Positions 9,792 through 19,531 of a stretch of 64,000 nt of DNA are shown one piece after another. The position numbers and the translations under genes are program-made. Under the pieces are notes generated by a model that saw nothing but the letters and a program-made list of their open reading frames with translations, had not been told where the DNA came from and searched no databases. The first letter of the stretch is position 1; each line of letters starts with the position of its first letter. Source of the stretch: a virus; IMG/VR virus record IMGVR_UViG_3300041586_000098, positions 9,392-73,391 of that record. The stretch is one strand, 5' to 3'.

Positions 9792-10904
9792 ATGATAGAG
9801 CAAGCAATATTAGACAAACCTGTAAAAAGAATTTGGATTTTAGGAGATATGCATTTAGGTGTTCGTTCAAGCTCATTAGAATGGCTAGAAATGCAAAGGG
9901 ACTTTTATGATAATCAATTCATTCCTACTCTTCTAGAAAATTTTAAAGATGGAGATATTCTAGTTCAAGTAGGTGATATATTCGACAACAGACAAAGTGT
10001 AAATATTAAAGTTTTACATTATGTAATAGACCTATTTGAAAGATTAGGTAAAATAATGCCAACATATGCTATTGCAGGTAATCATGATATATGGGCAAAG
10101 AAAAGCAATGAAGTAAGTTCTATTGATATCTTAAAGTGGATTCCTAACGTTTCTATTTATAAAGAACCAAAAACATTTAATTGGGGTGGTAGAGAAGTTC
10201 TTTTAATGCCATGGAGAAGAGACACTCAACATGAAGTGGAAACTCTTAAGGAATATCCAACCGCTGAAATACTATTTTGTCATTCTGAGGTTAGAGGTAT
10301 TAAACTAAACAGAAAGGTAGATAATCAACATGGAGTTGACTCTGAATCATATGATAGATTTACTGCAGTTTTTTCAGGACACATCCATTATAGACAAAGA
10401 AGAGGCAAACTTAGAATGGTTGGCACTCCATACGAACTAACTAGATCGGATATGGATAATACTAAAGGCTTTGATTTGGTTAATTTAGAGGACATGCAAG
10501 AAACGTTTTTTGAAAATACTATATCACCAAAGTTTGTTAAATTTTATTTAACACAAGTGTATAATATGCCTCTAGGAACCTTTAAAGATGCCATCAGAAA
10601 CAACTATGTAGATCTATATGTTCCTTCTAATGTTGCAACAACATCTGCACTTTCAAGACTTATTAATAAAGTACAAAAAATTAGCAGAAAAATAGATCCA
10701 AACATATATGAACAAGATACTTTTATTGATGAAGATCTTTTAGATATGGAGCAAATCGAAGATCTTTATAAAAATTATAATATTCTTCATTTATGTAATA
10801 TGTATGTTGATAATTTACAACATAATGATGCAGTCAAATTACAAATAAAGGATAGATTAAAGAAACTTCATGACTTTCATGCATATAATAATCAAACAGA
10901 TTAA
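9792..10904 (+). CDS. gp47: Recombination nuclease (gp47/SbcD/Mre11-like)
   Basis: GDMHLG, GDIFD, GNHD, SGHIH phosphoesterase motifs. Confidence 0.92.
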   Translation: MIEQAILDKPVKRIWILGDMHLGVRSSSLEWLEMQRDFYDNQFIPTLLENFKDGDILVQVGDIFDNRQSVNIKVLHYVIDLFERLGKIMPTYAIAGNHDIWAKKSNEVSSIDILKWIPNVSIYKEPKTFNWGGREVLLMPWRRDTQHEVETLKEYPTAEILFCHSEVRGIKLNRKVDNQHGVDSESYDRFTAVFSGHIHYRQRRGKLRMVGTPYELTRSDMDNTKGFDLVNLEDMQETFFENTISPKFVKFYLTQVYNMPLGTFKDAIRNNYVDLYVPSNVATTSALSRLINKVQKISRKIDPNIYEQDTFIDEDLLDMEQIEDLYKNYNILHLCNMYVDNLQHNDAVKLQIKDRLKKLHDFHAYNNQTD

Positions 10905-10907
10905 ATT

Positions 10908-11117
10908 ATGAAAATACAAAGCATTGAACTAAAAAACTTTGCATCATATGGAAATAAGATTCAAAGAATAGAATTTGATGAAGACAATGCTCAATTGTTC
11001 TTAACTATAGGCAAAAATGGAGAAGGTAAGTGTCTTTCAAAGAAGACGTTAATCGATATTCATATAGAAGATGTAAATATTAGAAAAGATTTTTTAAAAT
11101 TTCTAGAAAATAAGTGA
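10908..11117 (+). CDS. gp46: gp46/SbcC N-fragment plus very short N-intein (28 aa from 11031)
   Basis: LKNFASYG...GKNGEGK|CLSKKTLI. Confidence 0.88.
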   Translation: MKIQSIELKNFASYGNKIQRIEFDEDNAQLFLTIGKNGEGKCLSKKTLIDIHIEDVNIRKDFLKFLENK

Positions 11118-11162
11118 TTTTACCCATTGTTACCTAGATATATATAATAAACAAAGGTAACA

Positions 11163-12293
11163 ATGGATAAATTAACACTAGAATACTTGCTATTAAAATC
11201 TAATAAAATTAAACTTAATAATTTTAAGGAACATGTAATATTAGAAGTGTTTAACCAATATATTGATTCCGATATATTAAATTTACCTAATTGTAAAATT
11301 AAAAAAATTGTTTCTGATTTTTTAAGTGAATCTCATCAATATAATACTAGTAATAAAAATCCACTACAGATAAATTATTATTTAGTAAGAGGATGGACTG
11401 AAATAGATGCTAAACTTGCAATATCGAATATACAAAAATCTAATAATGCTAAAATCCAAAGAAAAAGAAAAGAAAATCCCGAAAATTATAAAAAAATATT
11501 AAGTCCGTATACTGTGGATTTTTGGATTAAAAAGGGATTTTCAGAAGAAGAATCTATTGATAAAATAAAGGAGTGTAGGCCGAATAATCATAATTACTGG
11601 ATTAAAAAAGGATATTCAATATCGGAGGCTGACGCTAAAGTTTCTCTATTTCAGAAGGAAATGTCAGCTAAATTATCAACTAAGAGATTAGAATCTCCAA
11701 TGAACTATGATGGAATATTAACTACACAAACTGAATATTGGAAAAAACGTGGATATTCAATAGAAGAATCTTTTGCCATAGTTAAGGAAAGACAAACTAC
11801 ATTTACTTTAGATAAATGCATTTTAAAACATGGTATCACAAAAGGTACTATCGTTTTTAATGACAGGCAAAGGAAATGGTTAAAGTCTCTGTATGCTAAC
11901 TTTGAAAAATATGGAGATGGAAGATCTCCTCAAAGTAAATGGGTTAATGATATTAAAATTATCCTAACTAATAGTGGAATTTTAATTCCCGACAAAGAAA
12001 AATGGATAAGAGAAAAGGAAACTAATGGTAAAGGGTACTCATATGATTTAACCGTTAATAAAAAAATCATTGAGTTTAATGGCGATTATTGGCATGCAAA
12101 TCCTTTAATATATGGCGAAGATTGGATTAATAAAACTAAAAAAATGACAGCATCTGAAATATGGCAATATGATGTAGACAAAATAAAGTTAGCAGAATTA
12201 CACGGATATAAAGTTTTAACAGTATGGGAGTCTCAATATAATAAAGATCCTAACGACGTAATACAACGGATTCTTGAATTTTTAATAAATTAA
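11163..12293 (+). CDS. Vsr-like homing endonuclease with repeated N-terminal helical modules
   Basis: IIEFNGDYWH...GYKVLTVWE; several (Y/F)W.K.G.S..E repeats. Confidence 0.85.
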   Translation: MDKLTLEYLLLKSNKIKLNNFKEHVILEVFNQYIDSDILNLPNCKIKKIVSDFLSESHQYNTSNKNPLQINYYLVRGWTEIDAKLAISNIQKSNNAKIQRKRKENPENYKKILSPYTVDFWIKKGFSEEESIDKIKECRPNNHNYWIKKGYSISEADAKVSLFQKEMSAKLSTKRLESPMNYDGILTTQTEYWKKRGYSIEESFAIVKERQTTFTLDKCILKHGITKGTIVFNDRQRKWLKSLYANFEKYGDGRSPQSKWVNDIKIILTNSGILIPDKEKWIREKETNGKGYSYDLTVNKKIIEFNGDYWHANPLIYGEDWINKTKKMTASEIWQYDVDKIKLAELHGYKVLTVWESQYNKDPNDVIQRILEFLIN

Positions 12294-12295
12294 AT

Positions 12296-14215
12296 ATGAT
12301 TAAATGTACATTAGAGGATTTATACGAATTTAATAAAATAAATGGAGTAGTAAATTCAGGTAATTTTAAGGTAAAAACTAGATGTGGATTAAAACAAATA
12401 AATGCAATTGCGATTACAGCAACTGACAGCATACAGCACCATATCATTACAAATAACAGGTCTGTCATATCATCACCCGATCATTTATTTTTCAGCAATG
12501 GATGGAAAAAGGCTTCTTTATTTAAGGTAGGAGATTCCATTGAAACAATAGACGGTATTGAATATGTTAAGCACAACATTATATTAGAAGACACTGATGA
12601 TTTACTAGATATTGAAGTTGCAGAAATCAAAGAGTTTTATGCTAATGGATTTGTATCTCATAATAGTACTATTGCTAATGCAATAGTTTTTGCTTTATAT
12701 GGTAAAGTAGAAGGAGTAAAATTATCTGATCTTCCAAACCGAATTAATAAGGAGTTATGGGTAAGAATTAAACTTCAATGTAAATCAACTAACGTTGTAA
12801 TTGAAAGAGGACTAGCACCTGGTATTTTTAAAGTTGAATTAAATGGAATTGAATTCGATAAGGCAGGTAAAAAATCAGTTCAAGATTATCTTGAAGAAGA
12901 AATATTTGGGATTCCATATCATGTATTTAAAAACATCATTATTCTTTCAGTTAATGATTTTAAATCATTTTTAACAATGAATAATAATGATAAAAGACAG
13001 ATCATTGACAAGATGTTTGGTTTTTCTATTCTTAATGAAATGCAAAATGCAATTAGAGAAGAAAGAAAATTACTCAAAGGCGATATAGATTCATTTAGTA
13101 GGGAATTAATTCAAATAAGTAATAACATACTTTCGGTAAAGGAAAAGCTTGAAATTTTAATGGTAGAAAGTCAAGCAAAAGACAAACAAAAAATACAAGA
13201 ACTTAAAGATACTTTAGTAAAATACAATGATAATAAAAATAAACTAGAAGATGCACAATTAAAAATATCTGAAAGCATAGGAACGTTGTCAATGGATCTA
13301 AGGGTTAAACAATCAGATGAATCTGATTTTAAATACAAGCTTGCCGAAATTAAGAAAAAGCTTGTATTATATGAAAATAATACATGTCCAACATGTGCAA
13401 GTGCATTAAGTAATGAATTCCATATTGACAGAAAAAAAGAACTTATTAATGAATTAGAATTAATTCCAAGCAAATTAACAGATGCTACTGCTTTGGTATG
13501 TAATGTATCACGTGATATTAATGAACTAAGACAAAAGGATAGAGCAGTACAGGACAAGGTTTCTACTTTAAATACTAATATTCGAATGTTTAAAAATGAA
13601 CTTATTAAAATAAGAGATTCAATTAAAGGAACAGCCGACTTTTCACATTTAGAACAGATTATAAGCGACTTTGAAAAACAAGAATTAGAAAAAGGTTCAT
13701 TTAGAGATATTAAATCAATTGACTTTGGATTCTTAGAACTGATAGAAGATGTATTAGGTGAAGATGGAGTTAAAAATCTAGCAATTAAAACTATTTTACC
13801 GGGATTAAATGCAAACATATCATCGATGGTGCAAATTATGCACTTACATTTTCACATAAGATTTGATGAAAAGTTTAATTGTATAATCAACCATTTAGGA
13901 GAAGAAATTAATCCATTAACATTATCAACTGGTGAACGTAAAAAGGCAGATTTTATCATAATTATAGCAATTATTAAGATTTTAAAATTAAGATTTCCAC
14001 AATTAAATTTACTATTCTTAGATGAATTATTGAGTTCAGTAGATGCAGATGGAATACATAACATATTAAAGATCTTAAGTCAAGTAATTAAAGAAAGTAA
14101 AATAAATACATTTGTAATTAATCACACCCCATTGCCTAGAGAAATTTTTGATGCAGAGGTTCAAATTTACAGAGAAAATGGTTTTTCAAAGTTTGATGTT
14201 ATTAAAATTGATTAA
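12296..14215 (+). CDS. gp46: Long C-intein (123 aa) plus gp46/SbcC C-fragment
   Basis: SSPDHLF block B; FYANGFVSHN|STIANA; CPTC zinc hook, LSTGE signature, LFLDE Walker B. Confidence 0.92.
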   Translation: MIKCTLEDLYEFNKINGVVNSGNFKVKTRCGLKQINAIAITATDSIQHHIITNNRSVISSPDHLFFSNGWKKASLFKVGDSIETIDGIEYVKHNIILEDTDDLLDIEVAEIKEFYANGFVSHNSTIANAIVFALYGKVEGVKLSDLPNRINKELWVRIKLQCKSTNVVIERGLAPGIFKVELNGIEFDKAGKKSVQDYLEEEIFGIPYHVFKNIIILSVNDFKSFLTMNNNDKRQIIDKMFGFSILNEMQNAIREERKLLKGDIDSFSRELIQISNNILSVKEKLEILMVESQAKDKQKIQELKDTLVKYNDNKNKLEDAQLKISESIGTLSMDLRVKQSDESDFKYKLAEIKKKLVLYENNTCPTCASALSNEFHIDRKKELINELELIPSKLTDATALVCNVSRDINELRQKDRAVQDKVSTLNTNIRMFKNELIKIRDSIKGTADFSHLEQIISDFEKQELEKGSFRDIKSIDFGFLELIEDVLGEDGVKNLAIKTILPGLNANISSMVQIMHLHFHIRFDEKFNCIINHLGEEINPLTLSTGERKKADFIIIIAIIKILKLRFPQLNLLFLDELLSSVDADGIHNILKILSQVIKESKINTFVINHTPLPREIFDAEVQIYRENGFSKFDVIKID

Positions 14216-14245
14216 AGAGATATATAACTAAAAATAGAGATTTAA

Positions 14246-15028
14246 ATGTCAGTATATAATCAAAAATATAATTCCGATGATAGTATTGTAAGACATCTTA
14301 TTATCGGATTTCTTGCAGATTTAAATAACAAGGTATATTTTCATAGACAGATTTCAGCAAAGGAAAGAGTTATAATTGATGTTCCTTTTTATTATTCTAT
14401 ATCAGGTGATGATCAATTCCTAAGAGATCAATTTTTATTTTCAACAGCTTCCGGACCATATTGCACACCAGACAAGGAGTATGCCGATGCCAACTATGAT
14501 ATCGTTCCAAGGGGCGTAGCTAATTTAACTTCTGTTAATATAGATGCATCTAAATTAGTTAACAAAAGAACAGTAGGTAGTTACACTAAATTAAACAGTG
14601 AAGGTGCTATGGAAGGTTATACTGCTGAATTTGATATGATTCCAATAACATTAGGGTTTGATGTTGAAATATTAGTTTCTTCTTCGATCGATTCATTAAA
14701 AATAACTGAATCTATTATTAAAAAACTATACAAATCAAATTATTATGATGTAGAGGTAGGACACCTAGATGAAGGCACATATAGAATTTCATCATACTAT
14801 GCATTTCCAGATGATTACACGCAAGAAAGACCACTTAATTTTACATTCGAAGATAAGGAGATGTATAAGGTTACATTTGCTATTGAAATTAATTCATTCA
14901 TTCCTTCATTTAGTTGGGGCAATGAACAAGGATCAGATAGTACTGAAAGACATATTAGTAATCGAATGTATAATATTGAATCTAATATTATAACAGGTGG
15001 CACATCAGACACTTCAATTATAGATTAA
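14246..15028 (+). CDS. Tail terminator / sheath stabiliser (gp15-like)
   Basis: R..I.GF...LN...I.VP.YY and P....F.V.I patterns recalled from gp15; late motif at 14219. Confidence 0.55.
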   Translation: MSVYNQKYNSDDSIVRHLIIGFLADLNNKVYFHRQISAKERVIIDVPFYYSISGDDQFLRDQFLFSTASGPYCTPDKEYADANYDIVPRGVANLTSVNIDASKLVNKRTVGSYTKLNSEGAMEGYTAEFDMIPITLGFDVEILVSSSIDSLKITESIIKKLYKSNYYDVEVGHLDEGTYRISSYYAFPDDYTQERPLNFTFEDKEMYKVTFAIEINSFIPSFSWGNEQGSDSTERHISNRMYNIESNIITGGTSDTSIID

Positions 15029-15077
15029 ACAATCTAAATTAAAAAGATATATATATAAATAAATAAATTAAAATAAT

Positions 15078-15839
15078 ATGACAACTAATATTCTAGCACC
15101 ATATATTAAAGTAGATGAATCTTTTCATTTTTACGTAAATGGAAGACTCTTTGAAATGAATGACATTGAGATTAAGGAACTTGAAGGAACTAACAATTTA
15201 ACTTTAAGAAACGCAATTATGGCGTTTGAATCATTCGAATTTTCAAATGATTCAGTAAAATGGTTTCATGGACCAAGTAAATTCGTATATGATTTAACTG
15301 AAGGTAAATTTCAACATAATACTTCATTAATTGAAGGAAATACATTTTCTATACATGTCCTTTCGGCAGGTATGGTTAGATATAATGAAAAGGCAACAGC
15401 CGAGTTATTTGAATCTCTACCAGTTCTTTTACAAAATTACGTAACTCTTGATTTTGCAGCTACATTTGAGGGAAACAATAATATTGTAAATTTATTTAAA
15501 TTAAATGAAGATGTATATGTTGCTCGTTTTAATAAATCAAACAGAATTGCAAAATTCTTTAAAGCAAACAATGCAATGGAAGCCGTTGATTATGTTACTA
15601 ATGAGACAGGAGAATCAGCACTTTTCTTTTTAAAGGAAATGGCCGAAGGTCAATCGGATAGGCTAAAGGAAATAGCAGAACAAGTCATATTAAATGAGTC
15701 TATGATATCTTTTTTAAAGGATCAAAAGGGATTACTTGCGACTGCAGACAGAAACGACGAAAATATAAGAGAAGCGGATGCTTTACTTAATAAAGAAATA
15801 AAAACATTCGAAGATAAGATTACAGCATTATACATGTAA
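15078..15839 (+). CDS. Hypothetical protein
   Basis: 253-aa ORF with late motif at 15046. Confidence 0.7.
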   Translation: MTTNILAPYIKVDESFHFYVNGRLFEMNDIEIKELEGTNNLTLRNAIMAFESFEFSNDSVKWFHGPSKFVYDLTEGKFQHNTSLIEGNTFSIHVLSAGMVRYNEKATAELFESLPVLLQNYVTLDFAATFEGNNNIVNLFKLNEDVYVARFNKSNRIAKFFKANNAMEAVDYVTNETGESALFFLKEMAEGQSDRLKEIAEQVILNESMISFLKDQKGLLATADRNDENIREADALLNKEIKTFEDKITALYM

Positions 15840-15867
15840 CGCAACCTATAGTATTCTATTACCATAG

Positions 15868-15897
15868 TAAAGCCTCTAGCAATAGAGGCTTTTTTTG
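15868..15897 (+). terminator. Intrinsic terminator
   Basis: AAAGCCTCT/AGAGGCTTT stem followed by T-tract. Confidence 0.85.
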
Positions 15898-15967
15898 TTT
15901 AAATAGTATGTGAAACAAAATAATAAAAACCCATACAATAAATATAACTTAATTTAAAATAATAAAA

Positions 15968-16339
15968 ATGGCTAAAAGTAAAAATTACTTAAATAATAAA
16001 GACTTACATGCTGCAATGAGCGAGTCTAAATTGCTTGGAAAATTAACACCAACTTCAGAAAAAATGTTAATTTTGCTAGCAGAAAGAGCACAGAGAACAA
16101 TGTCATATGTTAGTGATGATGACAGAAATGATTGTTTGCAGGCTGCACTATTAGATCTTTTAAAATATTGGAAAAATTTCAATCCTGAATATCCTAATGC
16201 TTTCGCATATTTTACAGAAATATCAAAGAGAGGTTATGCTAAAGGATGGAATGTAATCCATCCAAAAAAATACAAAGGAACATTATCTATGGATAAGGCT
16301 TCTGGCAATGATGAAACCGGAGGAATGTATTCATTTTAA
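15968..16339 (+). CDS. gp55: Late-transcription sigma factor (gp55-like)
   Basis: NYLNNKDL N-terminus; NFNP...NAFAYFT motif. Confidence 0.8.
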   Translation: MAKSKNYLNNKDLHAAMSESKLLGKLTPTSEKMLILLAERAQRTMSYVSDDDRNDCLQAALLDLLKYWKNFNPEYPNAFAYFTEISKRGYAKGWNVIHPKKYKGTLSMDKASGNDETGGMYSF

Positions 16340-16827
16340 TGTCAATAAAAAATCTTAAACCCACAAAGAATTCAGCATTTCATCAAGGTTATTATAATCC
16401 AACTAATCCTGAAAAGGTAATAGGGCCTCTTCCTATAATATATAGGAGTTCATGGGAATATAAGTTTATGATATGGTGTGATATTAATGATAAGGTATTA
16501 ATGTGGTCTAGTGAACCTGTTGAAATCAAATATTGGTCTAGACAGGGAAACAAGGAAAGAAAATACTATCCTGATTTTTACTTTAAAATATTAAAACCAG
16601 ATGGAACTAGTGATGAATTTTTAGCAGAAATTAAACCTAAGTCACAAATTCAAAAACCAAAAATTCCAACTAAAATGTCTAAGAAGGCGTTGGAATCCTA
16701 TAAATTCCTTGCAGAGCAATATGTCAAGAACATGGACAAGTATAATGCTGCAAAAGAGTATGCGATTAATAGAAGTTGGAAATTCATAGTTTTGACTGAA
16801 GATACTATAAAAAACGGGCTACGTTAA
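16339..16827 (+). CDS. gp4: Head completion nuclease (gp4, TnsA-like)
   Basis: YRSSWE..F..WCD....WSSE, YYPDF, EIKP. Confidence 0.88.
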   Translation: MSIKNLKPTKNSAFHQGYYNPTNPEKVIGPLPIIYRSSWEYKFMIWCDINDKVLMWSSEPVEIKYWSRQGNKERKYYPDFYFKILKPDGTSDEFLAEIKPKSQIQKPKIPTKMSKKALESYKFLAEQYVKNMDKYNAAKEYAINRSWKFIVLTEDTIKNGLR

Positions 16828-16868
16828 AATAGAAATATATATTACAATATGAAAAACCACTATAAAAA

Positions 16869-17468
16869 ATGGGCTATGTTAAAAAAAGAATAAGTGAATT
16901 ATCAAGAGAACATGGAAGTAAGACTAGAGCAGTTAGATTCTCAGAATCATGGTTTAATGATAGTCTTACGTCCAGAAGCTTAACAGAAGCTCAATATACT
17001 AGAAATAGATTTAAACCAGGGCAGATCTATGTTTTTCAATATTCTCCAAAATATAAAGATGAATTGCCATGGTTTGACGAAAATCCAATAGTCCTCGCTA
17101 TTGAAGGAAACGGCAACAATGATTGCGGGGTTAATTTAAATCTACTACCAACTCCTGTCAAAGAAAAGCTACTTGATGATTTATATTCAAAAATGAATGC
17201 ATTTATTAATAGCACTATTTCCGAAAAAAAAAATCCAATAAATGAAAAACCATTAAGAATAACATATGATGGTATGAAATCATATTTAGAAAAATATGGA
17301 TGTGATTTTGCATTAAGACAATATATACCATCAAGGAAAAAAAAACAGGCAGTTGTCAGTTATTCAAGATGGCCTGAAATTGCTCTATGTAATTTTATAG
17401 AACTAAACGGTACAACATTGATGGCAATAAAAATACAATTTAAAGACTATTTAAAAAGGAATATATAA
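16869..17468 (+). CDS. gp2: DNA end protector protein
   Basis: PGQIYVFQYSPKYKDELPWFD..P.V, G.NL..LP. Confidence 0.8.
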   Translation: MGYVKKRISELSREHGSKTRAVRFSESWFNDSLTSRSLTEAQYTRNRFKPGQIYVFQYSPKYKDELPWFDENPIVLAIEGNGNNDCGVNLNLLPTPVKEKLLDDLYSKMNAFINSTISEKKNPINEKPLRITYDGMKSYLEKYGCDFALRQYIPSRKKKQAVVSYSRWPEIALCNFIELNGTTLMAIKIQFKDYLKRNI

Positions 17469-17489
17469 ATAAAACTAATATTAAACAAT

Positions 17490-19082
17490 ATGGCAGGATT
17501 CGTCGAAAGAAATGGACCACTAAGCACAGGAAAAAGACCCTTTGTATTAAGTGATACGCTAAAGAAATTATCTTCTTTTGGTATGTATTATGACGACTTA
17601 GTACTTAGACAATCACAGGCAATTGGCCCACTTGAAGATGCATATGGATATGGAGCAATGAATCCATTAGGTATGGATAGTGATGATATGTACGGCGCTT
17701 TTGCTGCACTTTCAATGGCAGACACTACCATGCGAAAAAACGTTCCGTTTTTTGATCAACAATATCGTGGTAAACGAGAAGAACTTAGAAAATTTGCACA
17801 GCATGATGAAATAGAAGACATCTTAGATATCTTATGTGATGAATCAATAGTATATGACAATAAAAATTTCATGGCTAACCCTGAGATTATAGGTATGGAA
17901 GTTTCTGAAGAAGTTCAGAAATATTTAAATAAATCATACCGTGACATTTATCAGTATTTTGGGTTTAACATGGACCAATCCGCGTGGTTCTTTTACAGAA
18001 AATGGTTAATTGATGGATATCTTTCTTTTGAAATTATTTATAATCCAGAAATGACACAAATTATTGGATTTAAGGAAATTGATCCAATAACATTAGTTCC
18101 CGGATATAACCACGAGGATGGTAAAAAAATATGGATTCAATTTAAAGACGATCCAATTAAAGAAAGAAAGTTATATGATTCTCAAATTGTATACATATCA
18201 TATTCTTCTATTACAACAGCATCTAGAGTTTCTTACGTTGAAAGATTAGTAAGGTCATTTAACTTAATGAGAATAATGGAACATACTAGAGTTATTTGGG
18301 CTGTTACAAACTCATCATACCGAATGAAGTTTATTATTCCAGTTGGAGGTAAATCAAAGACTAGAGCAAAACAATCTCTTTCTCAATTAATGGGTAACTA
18401 TAAAGAAGTTGTAGATTTTGATTGGGACAGTGCATCTCTGACAACAAACGGTAAACCAATGTTACAATTCAATAAAGAATATTGGTTGCCTAGTAAGGAC
18501 GGTGAGCAACCTGAAATTGAAACTTTAGGAGGCGAAGGCCCTGAGTTATCCGATACTGAATCTCTAAAATACTTCTCAGATAAATTAAAATCAGTTTCTA
18601 AAATTCCATACTCTAGATTTATGTATGAAGATGGTGGTGGAGATTTTGCAATGGAAGCTGATGGAATGATTAGAGATGAAATTAAATTTGCTAAATTTAT
18701 AACTAGACTTAGAAGTTCTTTTCAAGAAATATTAGTTAAACCTCTTTGGCTTCAAATGTGTCTTAAATATCCTGAATTCAAAGAAGATGCTGGATTTAGA
18801 ACTCAAATCGCTCTTCAATTTAATGAAGAAAATATGTTTGCTGAATTAAAGCAAATGGAAATAATGGTAAAAAGACTTGATTTCATAGGTACTATGAAAG
18901 ATTCATTAGTTAAAATAGATCCATTAACAATGGAAGAAACTCCATATTTTGACATGGACTTCTTAGTTGATAGATATATGAAACTTTCGCCTGATGATAA
19001 AGCAGCAAACGAAGCCTACAAGTCAAGAGCCAAGGCAAGGGAAGCAGCTGAACCTGCAGAAGAAGATCCTTTAGCAATTTAA
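17490..19082 (+). CDS. gp20: Portal protein
   Basis: RKWLIDG, YWLP, EIETLGG, YF..KL, RDEIKFAKFI.RL. Confidence 0.93.
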   Translation: MAGFVERNGPLSTGKRPFVLSDTLKKLSSFGMYYDDLVLRQSQAIGPLEDAYGYGAMNPLGMDSDDMYGAFAALSMADTTMRKNVPFFDQQYRGKREELRKFAQHDEIEDILDILCDESIVYDNKNFMANPEIIGMEVSEEVQKYLNKSYRDIYQYFGFNMDQSAWFFYRKWLIDGYLSFEIIYNPEMTQIIGFKEIDPITLVPGYNHEDGKKIWIQFKDDPIKERKLYDSQIVYISYSSITTASRVSYVERLVRSFNLMRIMEHTRVIWAVTNSSYRMKFIIPVGGKSKTRAKQSLSQLMGNYKEVVDFDWDSASLTTNGKPMLQFNKEYWLPSKDGEQPEIETLGGEGPELSDTESLKYFSDKLKSVSKIPYSRFMYEDGGGDFAMEADGMIRDEIKFAKFITRLRSSFQEILVKPLWLQMCLKYPEFKEDAGFRTQIALQFNEENMFAELKQMEIMVKRLDFIGTMKDSLVKIDPLTMEETPYFDMDFLVDRYMKLSPDDKAANEAYKSRAKAREAAEPAEEDPLAI

Positions 19083-19098
19083 AAAGACAAAAAAAACA

Positions 19099-19461
19099 AT
19101 GAAAACAATTAAGACATTTGAACAATTTATAAATTCATCTTATATTAAAATAGACGAGGCAGCTATTGATGCCGGTGGTGATTCACGTGTTGTAGTAGAC
19201 GATGTTTCTTTAGATTCAGGTGAAGAAATTAAATCCACTGAAATTCTAGGTGTAATTCTTTCATCTAAAACAGAAAAAGAATTTAAGGAATACTTTTATA
19301 AGGAGTATGGTAACACTGCATTTACTGAAGAAGATATTTTTGCTTTAGTTAAATTTTATAACGATTATACAGCTGAAGTTAATCAAGCAGAAACTGACGC
19401 TGAAGAAAAGAAGAAAGAAGAAGAGGAAGGTGGCACTGAAGACCCACTAGCAGGCATCTAA
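19099..19461 (+). CDS. Putative prohead core/internal protein
   Basis: MKTIKTFEQFIN start; acidic; between portal and protease; C-terminal EDPLAGI resembles the portal C-terminus EDPLAI. Confidence 0.6.
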   Translation: MKTIKTFEQFINSSYIKIDEAAIDAGGDSRVVVDDVSLDSGEEIKSTEILGVILSSKTEKEFKEYFYKEYGNTAFTEEDIFALVKFYNDYTAEVNQAETDAEEKKKEEEEGGTEDPLAGI

Positions 19462-19531
19462 TTTTAATTTTTTTTAAATATTATAAAAATTAGTATGATA
19501 TATAATAGAAATATAATAAAATAATAAAATT

